DNA of 64,000 nucleotides from an uncultured delta proteobacterium. Lineage in GTDB: Bacteria; Desulfobacterota; Binatia; UBA9968. This document shows positions 45,814 to 55,474 of the stretch, piece by piece (the first letter of the stretch is position 1; each line of letters starts with the position of its first letter). The stretch is from NCBI GenBank assembly GCA_963727625.1, contig CAVSHR010000009.1, positions 352,001 to 416,000 on the forward strand. The letters are read 5' to 3'. A program made the translations under genes and the position numbers. The notes under the pieces are model-generated. The model worked only from the letters and a program-made list of their open reading frames with translations, did not search any database and was not told the DNA's origin.

Positions 45814-47514
45814 TTATTTAATGATCAAGTTCGTCGGTGGATTTGGAACTGGTTGTGTAGAACTGGCTTCGCCCAGTACGTCGCGTAGATAGTCGTTGTA
45901 GAAGAGGCCGTCTGGATCCATTTGCTGGCGGAAATTTTTAAAGGCTTGCAGTCGCTCACCGCGGCGCCGACGCAGCTCGGCCAGAAAGTTCACGTTGAAC
46001 GGCGCCGTGTGAGTGCCTGTCGGCTGATCCGGGTCGTAAAAGCCGTACATCTTGCCCTGATGCGGAAAGCCGCCCATTGCAACCCACTGCCGCTCGACGT
46101 CGGCGAAAAACTGTAGAAGCTTGTCGGGATACTCCGACGCTGTTTTATTGTCCTCGACAAATCCGATCAGGTCCAAGTTGACGAACCAAGTATTTGGATC
46201 GTCTGTATACGTTCCCGACATGGCGGTGTTGCCACCCTTGACGAAACGGAACTCCATCGGCGCCGCGATGTGAAAGTTACCGTCTTTCAAAACAATCTGG
46301 GAAACCACATCTAACCCGTCCCACACTTTGCCAAGCCCATTCTTGTCGAGGCCAGGCAGCGGAATGTAATAAGACATGAAAATGACGCGCACCGCACCTG
46401 TCAACCACAAATCCGAATGCGACTTGTTGGCATCGGCCACTTCAGGCTCGATCACGTCGAAGGTGATTGCCGCGATAACAGCGGGATTGTCGATGGGATT
46501 TGCACCCCGTATATCGTTACCTGGGTCGTATCGATATTGTGCCCTTTGGGCCGAGTCGGCACCGTATTTCTGCAACCAACCTGTCAGATACGGCGCTCCG
46601 TATTCGGGAGGATTTTTGCCCGCGAGAACACACGCGTTTGGTGGAGACGTTGCCTGGTTACTAATATTCGATGACGGATTATCTTGCACATCCCACCACA
46701 ACACGAGAAAGTTCTTCGTATACAAAGGGAAGCCTACGCTGCCAGTGGCGTAAGGTGTGAAAAACACCTCCAGCCGAGTGTGGGCCTTCACCAACGACTG
46801 AAATTTATCCACAAAGGCGTCTTTGTCAGCGAGTCCTAGTCGCTCTGTGCCGCCCTGCAGCGTCGTCGCATACGGGCGGGGCAGGACATCGATCGTGACC
46901 GCCGTAACGATGCCCAACCCGCCCAACGACACCCGCGCGAACTGCAGCGGCGACCAATTCCCGTCCTGCGTCGACTGCTTATCAATAGTGACCTCCGAAC
47001 CGTCGGCTCGCACAATCCTGAACGCCGATACCGTTTCGGCAAATATCGGCGCGTCTATCGTGCCGCCGTGGACGTCGACCGCGGTCATGCCGCCAAGACT
47101 AAAGAACCCGCCGGCCGTGACGGTCTTGAGCATTAGATTGTTAGCGGTCAGAAACGCGTCCAGCTCGTCCTCGCGCACACCTGTATTCACCGTAACCTGG
47201 TTTTCTCCAGGTCCTCGCTCAATGCGTTCGTTGCGGTCCGGGCCTAGATCCGCGTAGCAGGACAGGTCGATCAGCCAGGTCTTCGCGGTCGAAGGCGGTG
47301 CCCCCTTACGATTGTCGTCCACCACCAGGGGCGGCTGTGAATGGCGCTGTCCGGTAACCCGGATGACCACATTATTGCTACGAGCGTTGAGAATCACAAT
47401 TCTCAACTCTTCCACGTTCCTCGGCATATAGTAATAGTTTTCTCCGTTGACGGGGTTATGGACGAGGTTGCAACTCCAGTTCTGCCACACAGGCGCAGTC
47501 GGATTTTCCGCCAT
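45814..47514 (-). CDS. FAD-linked oxidase, paralog 4
   Basis: WQNWSCN, TGQRHSQPP, PMEFRF and PHQGKMYG; RBS aggagg; extra tail PVPNPPTNLIIK. Confidence 0.88.
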   Translation of the reverse strand: MAENPTAPVWQNWSCNLVHNPVNGENYYYMPRNVEELRIVILNARSNNVVIRVTGQRHSQPPLVVDDNRKGAPPSTAKTWLIDLSCYADLGPDRNERIERGPGENQVTVNTGVREDELDAFLTANNLMLKTVTAGGFFSLGGMTAVDVHGGTIDAPIFAETVSAFRIVRADGSEVTIDKQSTQDGNWSPLQFARVSLGGLGIVTAVTIDVLPRPYATTLQGGTERLGLADKDAFVDKFQSLVKAHTRLEVFFTPYATGSVGFPLYTKNFLVLWWDVQDNPSSNISNQATSPPNACVLAGKNPPEYGAPYLTGWLQKYGADSAQRAQYRYDPGNDIRGANPIDNPAVIAAITFDVIEPEVADANKSHSDLWLTGAVRVIFMSYYIPLPGLDKNGLGKVWDGLDVVSQIVLKDGNFHIAAPMEFRFVKGGNTAMSGTYTDDPNTWFVNLDLIGFVEDNKTASEYPDKLLQFFADVERQWVAMGGFPHQGKMYGFYDPDQPTGTHTAPFNVNFLAELRRRRGERLQAFKNFRQQMDPDGLFYNDYLRDVLGEASSTQPVPNPPTNLIIK

Positions 47515-48015
47515 TTTCAACCCTCCTTTTATTATCTCAGCACAAAACTGTGCGCTGCTACCCTCTCATTTCGCGCAAGCTCTGAATAAGCTCGGGCGAG
47601 AGATATCCGAAAACATACTCGCTGGCAACCCTCCCCGAGCGCAGTAGACTTTAAACTGGCGCGATATACCCGCTTTTATCTCCCGAGCCTAATCATTGGG
47701 GCAGTATGTCCGCCTGTCCGAATCATCAGGATATCCCCCTTGAGCTTTTAAAATTAATTCTTGCAATTTTCTTATCGAGTTAAGTATATTTCATCCTTCT
47801 GCGGACTCGCAGCGTAGACAGTGCCTTCAGATTGGGATTGACGCGTAAAGTCAGGAATCGTCCGTGGATGCTGTTCTCGTGCGGCTCCAGTAAGTTTCAG
47901 ACGATGTGATAACAGCGGCCATGCTGGCTTCGAGGCGGTATTGCGGAATGGCATCTTTCCTTACCCAGGCGAGTTTTCAGGCGGTTTGTAAAACGGCGAC
48001 CATCTTTAAAGCCCG

Positions 48016-50202
48016 ATGAAGTCCGTTTGTACAACCGGTCAGCGCCACAACCCGGCTACATTAAAAGCGACAGGGCTCTTGCTCTGTCTTTTGGGCATCA
48101 GTTTGGCTTTCTGTACTGGTGCGGCCGCAGCGCAAACGCCCTCGCCAAATCAAGAAATCGAAGAACTCAAATTCAAAGACATCGAAGAGCTGAACCTTGA
48201 GAAGCTCCTCGATATCACCATCTCCCTTGCTGCTGGCCGGGCGCAGCGCGTTGAAGATGCGCCGGGCATCGCGTCAGTTATTACTGACGAAGAGATTCGC
48301 CGCCTCGGCGCCCGCACTTTGTCCGATGTCCTCCAATTCGTGCCGGGCTTCGAGGTCATAAAGGACGCTCTCGGCCGGGACAAGATCATCGTGCGCGGCA
48401 AGACTTCGGGGTTGACAAACGGCTCCTCCGAGAGCGTTTTGATTCTTTTCAACGGCCATCGCTTGAATCAGGGGCTCGATGGCGATGCGATGACCATCAA
48501 CCTGGAGATCCCGGTGGACAACCTCAAGCGCATTGAGATCATCCGCGGGCCCGGCTCGGCGCTTTTCGGCGCCAACGCCTTTCTCGGTGTGATCAACCTG
48601 GTCCCTTACACGGCGAACGATATACAAGGCATCCGTCTGTCATCTGGAGGTGGATCCTTTGGCACTCAACAACACAACATCTTAGGGGGCTATACGCGCG
48701 GGGATTTCAGCATATCGGGTTTCGCTCAATTCAAAGACACCGATGGCCCAAGGCTGCTTGTTCCCGTGGACCTGCAAACCACCTTCGACAGCCTGCTTGC
48801 GCCCTTCGGGGTGCCGCCAGTTTCACGAGCGCCTGGCAGGACGCGCGATAATCGAAGGAACGTGGATGCCAACCTTCAGCTTACCTATAAAAACTTTACC
48901 GCGAACGCGAGATTTCAGGACACGCACTCTGGCGGATTCATCGGCCCCACGGAGGTGCTCGGAAATTCCCGGTTTGACGGCCAACAATTATTGTTCGACG
49001 CGGGATACCGCTATCCGCTCGGCGACAAGGGGAGCCTGCTGGCGAAGTTCAGTTTTAACCAGAACAAAGACCATCGATTCCTGGAACTTTTTCCGCCGGG
49101 ATTCACCTTTTTCACCCCTGGGTTTGGCTTCACTGTGAACCCTGCTGGCTCGATTATCGATTTCACCATCAACACCAGGCGGTACGCCGGAGAAACCGTG
49201 CTCGAATACCAGTTGTTCAAAGACCATCATTTTACGCTCGGACTGGAATATGAGTACGAGTCCACCTACGATATTAAAACCAAATCTACGTTCGATTCGA
49301 ACACTCGGCCATCTACACCACTCCCCTCGCTGCAGCGCCCGCCATGGGACATTTTGCCGCCCACCAGCCGTAAGCTCTTCAGCGTCTATGGCCAGCATAT
49401 TTGGACTCCCTTATCGCAGTTGGATCTCACCACCGGCGTCCGCTACGACCATTACAGCGACTTCGGCGATACGGTAAACCCCCGCGTGGGTCTCGTATGG
49501 CGCTTCGCCAAAGACTTTAACCTCAAGCTGCTTTACGGCCGCGCTTTTCGCGCGCCTACTTTTTTCGAGAGCCGCGAGAGCATCCCCAACTTGCTGGTTG
49601 GTGGCGATCTGAAGCCTACGACACTGCAGACCGTCGAAGCCGGCATTGGCTATAGCAGTCAAAACAAGTTTCACGTCAGCGCGACTTACTTCGCCACTTT
49701 CATCCGCGACTTCATCGTCCCGACCGCATCTTTGCTCCAAGTGGATACAAGCCGCGCCTTCAGCAACGCCGACGCTTTCGACATTCAGGGACTGGAGTTC
49801 GAAACAAAGCTCAATTTGTGGGACCATACTCTGTTTGCGAACTACACTTTTCAGCACTCGAAAGACAAATCCACGGGCGAGTCTCTCCCCGATGTCCCCG
49901 CACATATCGGCAGCTTGGGTCTAACTCTTGCCCTCGGCGATTACTTTAAGCTCACGCCTGCGGCGATTTTCCGAGGCAGCCGACCGAGGTTTGTGACCGA
50001 CACTCGTAAGGACGCTCCGGGATACGCTTTGTTTAATTTGACGCTTCAGGCCAAGACTCCGATTCCCGGGCTAGAGCTGTCGGGAAGCATTTATAACTTG
50101 TTTGACAAAAACTATACCAACCCGGCGCCGGTTAACGGCGTGCCGGGAGACTATCCGAGGCCAGGACGGAGTTTTTTCTTAAAGGCCATTTACAAATTTT
50201 AG
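48016..50202 (+). CDS. TonB-dependent receptor, copy 2 (YfiR-associated type)
   Basis: Near-identical to 40790-42976. Confidence 0.92.
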   Translation: MKSVCTTGQRHNPATLKATGLLLCLLGISLAFCTGAAAAQTPSPNQEIEELKFKDIEELNLEKLLDITISLAAGRAQRVEDAPGIASVITDEEIRRLGARTLSDVLQFVPGFEVIKDALGRDKIIVRGKTSGLTNGSSESVLILFNGHRLNQGLDGDAMTINLEIPVDNLKRIEIIRGPGSALFGANAFLGVINLVPYTANDIQGIRLSSGGGSFGTQQHNILGGYTRGDFSISGFAQFKDTDGPRLLVPVDLQTTFDSLLAPFGVPPVSRAPGRTRDNRRNVDANLQLTYKNFTANARFQDTHSGGFIGPTEVLGNSRFDGQQLLFDAGYRYPLGDKGSLLAKFSFNQNKDHRFLELFPPGFTFFTPGFGFTVNPAGSIIDFTINTRRYAGETVLEYQLFKDHHFTLGLEYEYESTYDIKTKSTFDSNTRPSTPLPSLQRPPWDILPPTSRKLFSVYGQHIWTPLSQLDLTTGVRYDHYSDFGDTVNPRVGLVWRFAKDFNLKLLYGRAFRAPTFFESRESIPNLLVGGDLKPTTLQTVEAGIGYSSQNKFHVSATYFATFIRDFIVPTASLLQVDTSRAFSNADAFDIQGLEFETKLNLWDHTLFANYTFQHSKDKSTGESLPDVPAHIGSLGLTLALGDYFKLTPAAIFRGSRPRFVTDTRKDAPGYALFNLTLQAKTPIPGLELSGSIYNLFDKNYTNPAPVNGVPGDYPRPGRSFFLKAIYKF

Positions 50203-50923
50203 ACAAACACAGAGGAACAAGTCGCAAGTTGAGTTGAGTGGTAGGAAAGTCACGACCGGCATGAAACGTTGGACGACATACTTGAGCAGAGCTTGGATCA
50301 GCGCACTCCTGTGTCTGGCGCTGCTCATGCCGCGCCCGGTTTGGGCCGAGGACGTTCCGGTGCCGGCCAGCGTTCAAGTGCCGATCTTCCTCAAGGTGCT
50401 CACCTTCGACAGAAATTTTGACGAACGGGTCAAGTCGCAATTGAAGATCGGCATCGTGTACGCCGAGGAAGACCCTGAGTCCCGACAAGCCAAAGACAAC
50501 ATGGTGAAAATCCTCGATGGCTATGCGGACAAGACGATCAAGCAGCTGCCGATCACCTATGTTTTGATGCGCTACACGACCGAGCAGAATGTGGTGGAAT
50601 CTGCCAAGTCCCAGGGAGTTAACGTCCTTTACGTCACTCCGGGAAACGCCAAACATCTAGCGGCCTTGCTTCGAGTCAGTCAGAAGCTCCGAATCATCAC
50701 GGTCACCGGGGTGCCGCAGTACGTCGAACAGGGAGTCACGGTTGGTCTCGGTTTAAAGAGCGATAAGAAAACTCAAATACTGATCAATCTCAAGTCGTCG
50801 AAAATCGAAGGCGCGGCCTTCGACGCCAATCTGTTGAGACTCGCCACCGTGATGTAATAAATGCCGCAAGTCGGTGGCGTTAGAATCGCTGCCGCACAAA
50901 AACAGAGCAAAACTCTATGCGTG
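48083..50923 (+). repeat. ~2.8-kb direct repeat, copy B (TBDR+YfiR)
   Basis: Matches 40858-43696. Confidence 0.95.
50261..50857 (+). CDS. YfiR/DUF4154-family protein, copy 2
   Basis: Protein identical to 43034-43630. Confidence 0.8.
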   Translation: MKRWTTYLSRAWISALLCLALLMPRPVWAEDVPVPASVQVPIFLKVLTFDRNFDERVKSQLKIGIVYAEEDPESRQAKDNMVKILDGYADKTIKQLPITYVLMRYTTEQNVVESAKSQGVNVLYVTPGNAKHLAALLRVSQKLRIITVTGVPQYVEQGVTVGLGLKSDKKTQILINLKSSKIEGAAFDANLLRLATVM

Positions 50924-53214
50924 GTTTTCGTACCCTGACCATTCAGCGCAAGCTCACCGTCATCATCATGTTGACGAGCAGCGTCGCGCTGTTCTTGGGC
51001 GCGGCCGGATATGGCATCTACGATCTGCTCTCTTTACGCCGCTCGATGGTAAGGGATCTTGGGATCCTGGCTGAAGTCATCGGCACCAACAGCAGGGCGG
51101 CATTGGTCTTCAACGATCAGAAGTCGGCTGAAGAGACGCTCGCAGCGATCGTCGCAGAAGAACATATCGTCGCGGCGATCCTCTACACCCATGATGGCAG
51201 GGTTTTCGCCAAATACCTGCGAAGCGACATCAAGGCTGGCTTTACCCCGCCAAGCGCCCAACCCGTTGGTTATGCTTTCGAGACCCATTATCTCAATATG
51301 TTTCAGCGTATCGAGCGTCAGGGTGAGGTGATCGGGACGATCTACTTACGGTCGGACCTGGGAATATTTTACTCTCGCTTGAAGGAATTAGTCGGCATCG
51401 GCGCACTGGTCATGTTGGCGGTATCCTTCGTGGCCTTTTTGCTGTCGTCCAGACTCCAAAAAATCATTTCCGGGCCGATTTTGCTGCTAACCCAGACCGC
51501 TCGTGTCGTTTCCGAGGACAAAGACTACTCGGTTCGCGCGGTCAAGACGAGTGACGACGAGCTGGGGTTTTTGATCGATCGGTTTAACGAAATGCTGGCG
51601 CGGATTCAGGATCGCGACGTGGAGCTGATGGCCGCGAAGGAAAACGCGGAGAGCGCGACCCGTGCCAAATCGGAGTTCCTCGCTAGCATGTCGCACGAGC
51701 TTAGGACGCCTTTGAACGCGATTATCGGATACAGCGAGATGCTGGAGGAAGAGGCCGGCGACCTTGGACAGGAGGAATTCATTCCCGACCTCAAGAAGAT
51801 TCAAAGCGCAGGCAAGCATCTGATGTCGCTGATCAACAACATCCTCGATCTTTCCAAGATCGAAGCCGGCAAGATGGATCTCTACTTGGAACAGTTCGAG
51901 ATCGCGCCGATGATTGACGAAGTTGCCAGCATGGTCAAACCGCTGGTCGAAAAAAACGCCAACCACTTGCAAGTAATCTACGCACCCGATCTCGGCAAAA
52001 TGACGGCGGATCTCACCAAGGTCCGTCAGACGCTATTTAATCTGGTCAGTAACGCTTGCAAATTCACTGAGCGCGGCAAGGTGGCCCTCGGCGCCGCGCG
52101 CAAGCATGACGGGACTGGAGACTGGATAGACTTTACCGTTGCCGACACGGGCATCGGCATGACTCCCGAGCAGGCCGCCAAAATCTTTCAGCCCTTCACC
52201 CAAGCCGATGCATCAACCACGCGTCGCTACGGCGGGACCGGTTTGGGACTGGCCATTAGCCAGAGATTTTGCGAAATCATGGGTGGATCAATAAATGTCT
52301 CCAGCGAGCCTGGACACGGATCAACGTTCACGGTACAACTGCCGGCTCTCGTGATGGATTCCGTCAGTGGCGGGGCCTCCGTCGAATCCGCTGAGAAACC
52401 AGCGGCTAAGACATTGCCAACCAGCGATGGCAGTCCGTTGGTATTAGTCATCGACGATGACCCCACGGTACATGACTTGATGGGCAAGTTTCTCAAAAAA
52501 GAAGGGTTGCGCATGGCGGCAGCGACGCGCGGCGAAGAGGGCTTGCTTCTCGCCAAAGAATTGCATCCGTCGCTAATCACCTTGGACGTGATAATGCCTG
52601 GACTGGACGGCTGGATGGTGCTGGCGGCACTCAAAGCGGACGCTGCGTTGTCCGATATTCCGGTCGTCATGATGTCGATTACCGACGAGCATCAGAAGGG
52701 ATATGCTCTGGGCGCGGCCGAGTATCTGACCAAACCGATCGACTGGGACCGATTTGCCAACGTCTTGCAAAAATATGAGCAAGCTCTTGTCCCTCATCGG
52801 ATCTTGATCATAGAGGACGACGAAGCCATGCGCGCTCTCTTGGCGCGGCGTTTGGAAAAGGATAAATGGACGGTCGTCGAAGCCGCCAATGGCCGGACAG
52901 CGTTAGAACAAATACAAAAGATGCCTCCCGATCTGATCTTGCTTGATTTGATGATGCCGGAAATGGACGGCTTTCAATTCTTAGAGGAGTTGCGCAAAAG
53001 GGCAGACTGGAGATCGATTCCTATCATTGTCCTAACCGCCAAAGACCTGTCTAGCCAGGATCACCAACGACTCACAGGCTCGGTGCAGAAAATTCTCCAA
53101 AAAGGCGCCTATAGCCGAGATGATCTGTTCAATCAGGTCCACGACTTGATTGCCGCGTCGGTGCACCAAAAAATCCGTCAAGGTATCTCCCATGGCGAAA
53201 ATTTTACTGGTTGA
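50917..53214 (+). CDS. Hybrid sensor histidine kinase (CHASE8-like periplasmic domain, HAMP, HisKA, HATPase, two REC)
   Basis: TM-AALVFND-TM; [12 protein letters not shown]; SHELRTPLN; [10 protein letters not shown]; DTGIG; GGTGLGL; two receiver domains. Confidence 0.92.
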   Translation: MRGFRTLTIQRKLTVIIMLTSSVALFLGAAGYGIYDLLSLRRSMVRDLGILAEVIGTNSRAALVFNDQKSAEETLAAIVAEEHIVAAILYTHDGRVFAKYLRSDIKAGFTPPSAQPVGYAFETHYLNMFQRIERQGEVIGTIYLRSDLGIFYSRLKELVGIGALVMLAVSFVAFLLSSRLQKIISGPILLLTQTARVVSEDKDYSVRAVKTSDDELGFLIDRFNEMLARIQDRDVELMAAKENAESATRAKSEFLASMSHELRTPLNAIIGYSEMLEEEAGDLGQEEFIPDLKKIQSAGKHLMSLINNILDLSKIEAGKMDLYLEQFEIAPMIDEVASMVKPLVEKNANHLQVIYAPDLGKMTADLTKVRQTLFNLVSNACKFTERGKVALGAARKHDGTGDWIDFTVADTGIGMTPEQAAKIFQPFTQADASTTRRYGGTGLGLAISQRFCEIMGGSINVSSEPGHGSTFTVQLPALVMDSVSGGASVESAEKPAAKTLPTSDGSPLVLVIDDDPTVHDLMGKFLKKEGLRMAAATRGEEGLLLAKELHPSLITLDVIMPGLDGWMVLAALKADAALSDIPVVMMSITDEHQKGYALGAAEYLTKPIDWDRFANVLQKYEQALVPHRILIIEDDEAMRALLARRLEKDKWTVVEAANGRTALEQIQKMPPDLILLDLMMPEMDGFQFLEELRKRADWRSIPIIVLTAKDLSSQDHQRLTGSVQKILQKGAYSRDDLFNQVHDLIAASVHQKIRQGISHGENFTG

Positions 53215-53569
53215 AGACAACGAGATGAACCGCGACATGCTGTCGCGCCGTTTGCAGCGGCGCGGCTACGAAGTGGTGGTTGCCGTTGACGGTGAACAAG
53301 GAGTGGCGCTGGCTCAAACGGTAATCCCCGACCTCATATTAATGGATATGAGTTTGCCGATCCTCGACGGTTGGGAAGCGACTCGGCAGATTAAATCCGG
53401 CACCCGGACCCAGTCGATTCCTGTTATCGCCTTGACGGCACATGCCATGGTGGGTGATCGAGACAAAGCCATTGAAGCGGGATGCGATGACTACGATACT
53501 AAGCCCATCGATCTGACGCGCCTGTTGGAGAAAATGGACAAGATTTTAAGCAAAGCCGGACGGGGATGA
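53192..53569 (+). CDS. Single-domain response regulator (DivK-like)
   Basis: [29 protein letters not shown] and TKPI motifs. Confidence 0.92.
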   Translation: MAKILLVEDNEMNRDMLSRRLQRRGYEVVVAVDGEQGVALAQTVIPDLILMDMSLPILDGWEATRQIKSGTRTQSIPVIALTAHAMVGDRDKAIEAGCDDYDTKPIDLTRLLEKMDKILSKAGRG

Positions 53570-54642
53570 ATAGTAAAAACGATCAAGAAGAACCGGCGCA
53601 GAAGACGGCGCCGGCGGCGGACGAAAACGCCGCAAGCGCAGCAGCCCAGCTCTCCAACCAAGCCTTGGCGGACGCCCGCCATTCTCTGCGCACCCCGCTC
53701 AATCATATCATCGGCTACAGTGAGATGCTGATCGAAGAGGCCGAAGAAAATCATCTGGAACGTTTTGCTGCCGACCTGCATAAGATTCACGCCGCGGGAA
53801 AGCAATTGCTTGGCGCGCTTGATCAATTCTTGGGCGCGAAGCCGAAGCAAAGCAAGTCGAGCCGCACGAACGAAATAAATGTTCTTGGTGAACTTGCTCC
53901 AAAACCATTGGCGCTGGTCGAGAACATACCTGACGTTACTCGTTCCGGTCTCATTCTGGTCGTCGATGACGACCCTGGCAACCGCGATATTTTGGCGCGC
54001 CGCCTCGAACATGAGGGCTACACGCTTAAGTGCGCGGTCGATGGCAAGGACGCGCTGGAGCGTTTGGCAACGGATGCGATAGACTTGATCCTGCTCGACG
54101 TGATGATGCCAGGGATGAGTGGCTACGAAGTGCTTGATACGATTAAGCAAGACACCCGGTGGCACGATATCCCAGTGATCATGATTTCCGCCTTGGATGA
54201 TCTGCAAAGCGTCGTGCGCTGCATCGAACACGGTGCGGAAGATTACCTACCCAAACCCTTCGACCCGGTCCTCCTGCGCGCGCGCATCGGCGCCTGCATG
54301 GAAAAGAAACGACTGCGAGATCAGGAAGTCCTATATTTAAAGGACGTTGCCCAGGTAACCGAAGCCGCTGCAACGGTCGAAGGAGGCGATTTCGTCCCGG
54401 AAAGCCTGATCTCTGTAGCGGCGCGCGGCGACGAGCTCGGCCGCTTGGCGAGGGTGTTTCAACGCATGGCACTAGAAGTGCAAGCGCGGGAGCAGCGTTT
54501 AAGACAACAGATTCAACAGCTGCGCATCGAGGTCGACGACGCGAGAAAATCCCAGCAGGTTGCCGAGATCACCGAGACCGATTACTTCCACGATCTGCGC
54601 GAGAAGGCCCGCACGCTGCGCAATAAAGTGCGCGGCTCTTAG
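53566..54642 (+). CDS. Signalling protein: HisKA (no ATPase) - REC - HAMP-like - coiled-coil tail
   Basis: [18 protein letters not shown]; VVDDD...LLDVMMP...PKPF; RGDELGRLARVF; IEVDDARKSQQVAEITETDYF. Confidence 0.85.
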   Translation: MNSKNDQEEPAQKTAPAADENAASAAAQLSNQALADARHSLRTPLNHIIGYSEMLIEEAEENHLERFAADLHKIHAAGKQLLGALDQFLGAKPKQSKSSRTNEINVLGELAPKPLALVENIPDVTRSGLILVVDDDPGNRDILARRLEHEGYTLKCAVDGKDALERLATDAIDLILLDVMMPGMSGYEVLDTIKQDTRWHDIPVIMISALDDLQSVVRCIEHGAEDYLPKPFDPVLLRARIGACMEKKRLRDQEVLYLKDVAQVTEAAATVEGGDFVPESLISVAARGDELGRLARVFQRMALEVQAREQRLRQQIQQLRIEVDDARKSQQVAEITETDYFHDLREKARTLRNKVRGS

Positions 54643-54694
54643 GAAACGGAAACTAGCGACGTAAAATTTTCCAGATTCGCAACCCGAGAGCGCC

Positions 54695-55450
54695 ATGCCC
54701 ATAATTGTTTCCATACACTCCTATCGAGGCGGTACGGGGAAATCGAATTGCACTGCCAATCTTGCGGTTCTGTTGGCCGCCAAGGGCTGGCGCGTCGGCG
54801 TCGTTGATACCGATATTCAATCACCCGGGATTCATGTATTGTTTGGTTTGGACGAATCTGTGATCGTCTATTCGCTGAATGACTATCTCTGGGGTCGCTG
54901 CGAGATTCGGGACGCGGCTTACGATGTCAGCGAACGATTGGAACAGCGGATTTCGGGCCGGATTTATCTTATTCCGTCCAGCATCAAGGCCGGCGAAATC
55001 GCCCGCGTGCTGCGCGAAGGTTACGACGTGAGTCTGCTCAATGACGGCTTCCACGATTTAATCGCTGCGCTCAATTTGGACGCGCTGCTGATCGATACCC
55101 ATCCAGGGCTGAACGAAGAAACGCTCTTATCGATTGCCGTCTCGGACACGCTCCTGATTATCCTCCGCCCGGATCAACAGGACTACCTCGGCACCGGTGT
55201 CACCATCGAAGTGGCGCGCCAGCTCAGCGTGCCCCGAATGCTCATGATCGTTAACAAAGTGCCAGCCGCATTCGACAGCGCCGAAGTGATATCCCGGGTT
55301 GAAGAAACGTACAAATGCCCGGTAGCAGGCGTCTTGCACCATGCCGATGAAATGATGGCATTGGGTAGCGCGGGGATCTTTGTGCTGCGCTATCCCGATC
55401 ATCCGGTCTCGGCCGTGTTGAGGCAAGTCGCAGAAGTATTAGTGAAGTAG
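54695..55450 (+). CDS. MinD/ParA-family ATPase
   Basis: SIHSYRGGTGKSN (deviant Walker A), VDTDIQSPG, IDTHPGL and IVNKV motifs. Confidence 0.88.
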   Translation: MPIIVSIHSYRGGTGKSNCTANLAVLLAAKGWRVGVVDTDIQSPGIHVLFGLDESVIVYSLNDYLWGRCEIRDAAYDVSERLEQRISGRIYLIPSSIKAGEIARVLREGYDVSLLNDGFHDLIAALNLDALLIDTHPGLNEETLLSIAVSDTLLIILRPDQQDYLGTGVTIEVARQLSVPRMLMIVNKVPAAFDSAEVISRVEETYKCPVAGVLHHADEMMALGSAGIFVLRYPDHPVSAVLRQVAEVLVK

Positions 55451-55474
55451 TCTGGAAACCCACGGAAAATCACC

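Noticed and set aside
54695-55450. Cell-division minD or plasmid parA
   Set aside because: No minC/minE or parB/parS; it has an Arg-variant Walker A and sits in a signalling-operon context.
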